Origin: Amoeboaphelidium protococcarum X5 | Lineage: Eukaryota > Fungi > Aphelidiomycota | Direction of reading: 5' to 3' | Assembly: GCA_023515725.1 (NCBI GenBank) | Contig: JALDTO010000135.1 | Span: 1 to 37,411 of the forward strand | DNA length: 37,411 bases | Shown here: positions 35,758 to 37,411 of the stretch, piece by piece | Layout of the letters: each line of letters begins with the position of its first letter | Numbering within the stretch: position 1 is the first letter of the stretch | Notes under the pieces: model-generated | Databases searched by the model: none | What the model was told of the DNA's origin: nothing | What the model saw: the letters and a program-made list of their open reading frames with translations, nothing else | Translations under genes and position numbers: made by a program

Positions 35758-36466
35758 GGTCGTTGATAGCCCATTAGACACCTGCAATTGCCGCAGATAA
35801 AGTACATTAGCCTTAATAATCGCAAACTCTTATAGATACAATATCAGCTTATTTAGCAACTCCGGATAAGTTGCCTCAAACAGTAGTACCCACATGAGTT
35901 CCATGGCCATTTTAATCACCTTTATCACCACCATAAACAAAGCTTGTACAAAAACGAGCATTAACTGTTCCATTTGCTTTTTTAAATTGAGAATGTTAAG
36001 TATCAACACCTGTGTCAATGATGTAGACTGTTGTTCCGTTCCCAGCGTGATCAGGATACGTGAAAATCGTTTGGCCAGAAATCTAGGAACGTTAAGAACT
36101 ACGGATCAAACCCCAATTTCTAGGACTGTGCTATTCAGCAAAAGTGTGGGCAATGTAGTTGGGTTCGACAACATCGACTTCCGGCATAGCGCGCACCATC
36201 TCAACCAACTAATCATCCATCTTTGCAGCATAACCGAAGCTGTAATTGTGCATAACAGGGTTATGGGATGACTCGGCGGATGCAATCAGACCAAATACAC
36301 GGTTCAAATGTTCATCGATAAAGCTCTCAGATGAGGACACAGTGGCAGGCACATTCAAAGCCACAATAAATTCTCCTGCAGCCACTGCAGACGCGTACTT
36401 CTGATTAGTAGAAACACAGCTAATAGAAGCTACCAGACAGACACCAAATAATATAGTGTTTATCAT
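35758..36466 (-). pseudogene. 3'-truncated subtilisin paralogue
   Basis: Signal peptide, propeptide, YPDHAGNGTTVYIIDTG, GHGTHVG, then an in-frame TGA (GTTV*GNL). Homology to 14184-15380 ends before the catalytic Ser. Confidence 0.88.
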
Positions 36467-36642
36467 CTCCAAAAATGCTACGTTGAAGAAGAAGAACAAA
36501 GTATACGAGTGGCGTAATAAATAGAGGAAATTGATCTGATTACATAACATACAGGACTGTGTTTTCCCACAAAATAAGTGAATAAGGAACAGCAACGGAT
36601 ATTCACCGCCAATCAGACTGTTGCGCGCGGAGCCTGGACTGA

Positions 36643-37060
36643 TCATTATTGAGGATGTGGAGGATCGTAGCGATATGGAGCTGGCCTTTCACCGCCATCG
36701 CAATTCCTTGCCAGAAAGATGTAAGCGAATGTTACATGCAGCATTCACGTCACGGTGCCAGATAGCTAAGCAATTATTATTTGGACAATGCTTAGTTCTC
36801 CAGACGCGTGACTAGCCAAGCACACATTCACTGTTACTACATCTTTAACTGGTTCAGAACTCGGGCATCAAACGGACTTTGCAAAGTTTGTTCAGTTCAT
36901 ACAACAAAAGCTTGTTCGGAGTAGCTGGATAACCCGGGGAAGCGGTGTCAAAATTGCCAGCACCATACGCAATATTGGTTTTGGGGTCAAACTTACCATC
37001 TTATTTCAGAGTAAGCGTACGTGCCAAATTGTCATAGGCCCGTTAGCGTTTGCTGAACGC
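36643..37060 (-). mobile_element. Fanzor (eukaryotic TnpB-family RNA-guided nuclease), C-terminal RuvC/Zn-finger fragment, inactivated
   Basis: Translation: ...NIAYGAGNFDTASPGYPATPNKLLLYELNKLCKVRLMPEF*TS(Q)RCSNSEC...RVWRTKHCPNNNCLAIWHRDVNAACNIR, then after a frameshift YIFLARNCDGGERPAPYR. Shows RuvC-II E, a four-Cys Zn finger, RuvC-III RDxNAAxNI and the terminal RP motif. Confidence 0.85.
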
Positions 37061-37411
37061 CTATTCATATAATATACCTACTTACAATGTAGGTACCTAC
37101 TTACAATGTAGGTACCTACCTAGTTTTTTCAATTTTAACTATATACTTACAATGTAGGTAGGTAGGTATTTATGTACCCCCTTGATCTATATTACCCCTA
37201 TATATAACTATGAGTGCAAAGCCACATGTGTGTTGTGAGTGCAGAGTTGTGCATTTTCTTGTCAGTTTGCTAACCCTATGTGAACGCGGCGATGACTCAT
37301 TATGTCCTTCAAACTACTAGCCTGCTTCGATTACGCAAATGTTACTTAGTCTAGCCCTGTCGCCAATCCACGCGGAAGCGTGGTCAAATAGGTTCAGAAA
37401 AACCTGAACAA
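37061..37411 (+). mobile_element. Long form of the palindromic-end element, runs off the window end
   Basis: Starts CTATTCATATAATATACCTACTTACAATGTAGGTAC; inverted copy of 31195-31488. Confidence 0.85.

Noticed and set aside
35870-36860. TGA also reassigned (in-frame TGA in subtilisin copy 2 and Fanzor)
   Set aside because: Both loci are independently truncated or frameshifted, the TGAs fall at expected Gly and Arg positions (single-base changes), and intact genes never contain internal TGA.
37260-37290. Telomerase RNA gene suggested by CTAACCCT
   Set aside because: Lies in a multicopy element, and the template would not account for the CCCTG units; kept only as a weak motif observation.

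Overview
Left end (telomere plus subtelomere) of a eukaryotic chromosome from a fungus-related organism that uses a non-standard genetic code: TAA and TAG are read as Gln and only TGA terminates (translation table 6). The supplied standard-code ORF track therefore fragments nearly every real gene. The code plus the gene content (fungal-type subtilisin, amidase, dual-PAS proteins, receptor-like kinase, Crinkler-type toxin domains) points by inference to an aphelid such as Amoeboaphelidium protococcarum; this is not proven. Re-read with table 6, the window holds about 12 apparently intact genes: PD-(D/E)xK-like protein, secreted BTB-like protein, HNH nuclease, a hypothetical protein, papain-like protease, subtilisin, REase-kinase, receptor-like kinase, amidase and two tandem PAS-PAS paralogues among them. 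It also holds truncated gene fragments (PDA1, DRE2, papain, kinase, cNMP-F-box-LRR, subtilisin) and transposon remnants (MULE, Tc1/mariner, copia). Most notable are a degenerate Fanzor (eukaryotic TnpB) RNA-guided nuclease fragment with a candidate omegaRNA region, and a family of palindromic elements that sit at gene breakpoints. All translations were done by eye.
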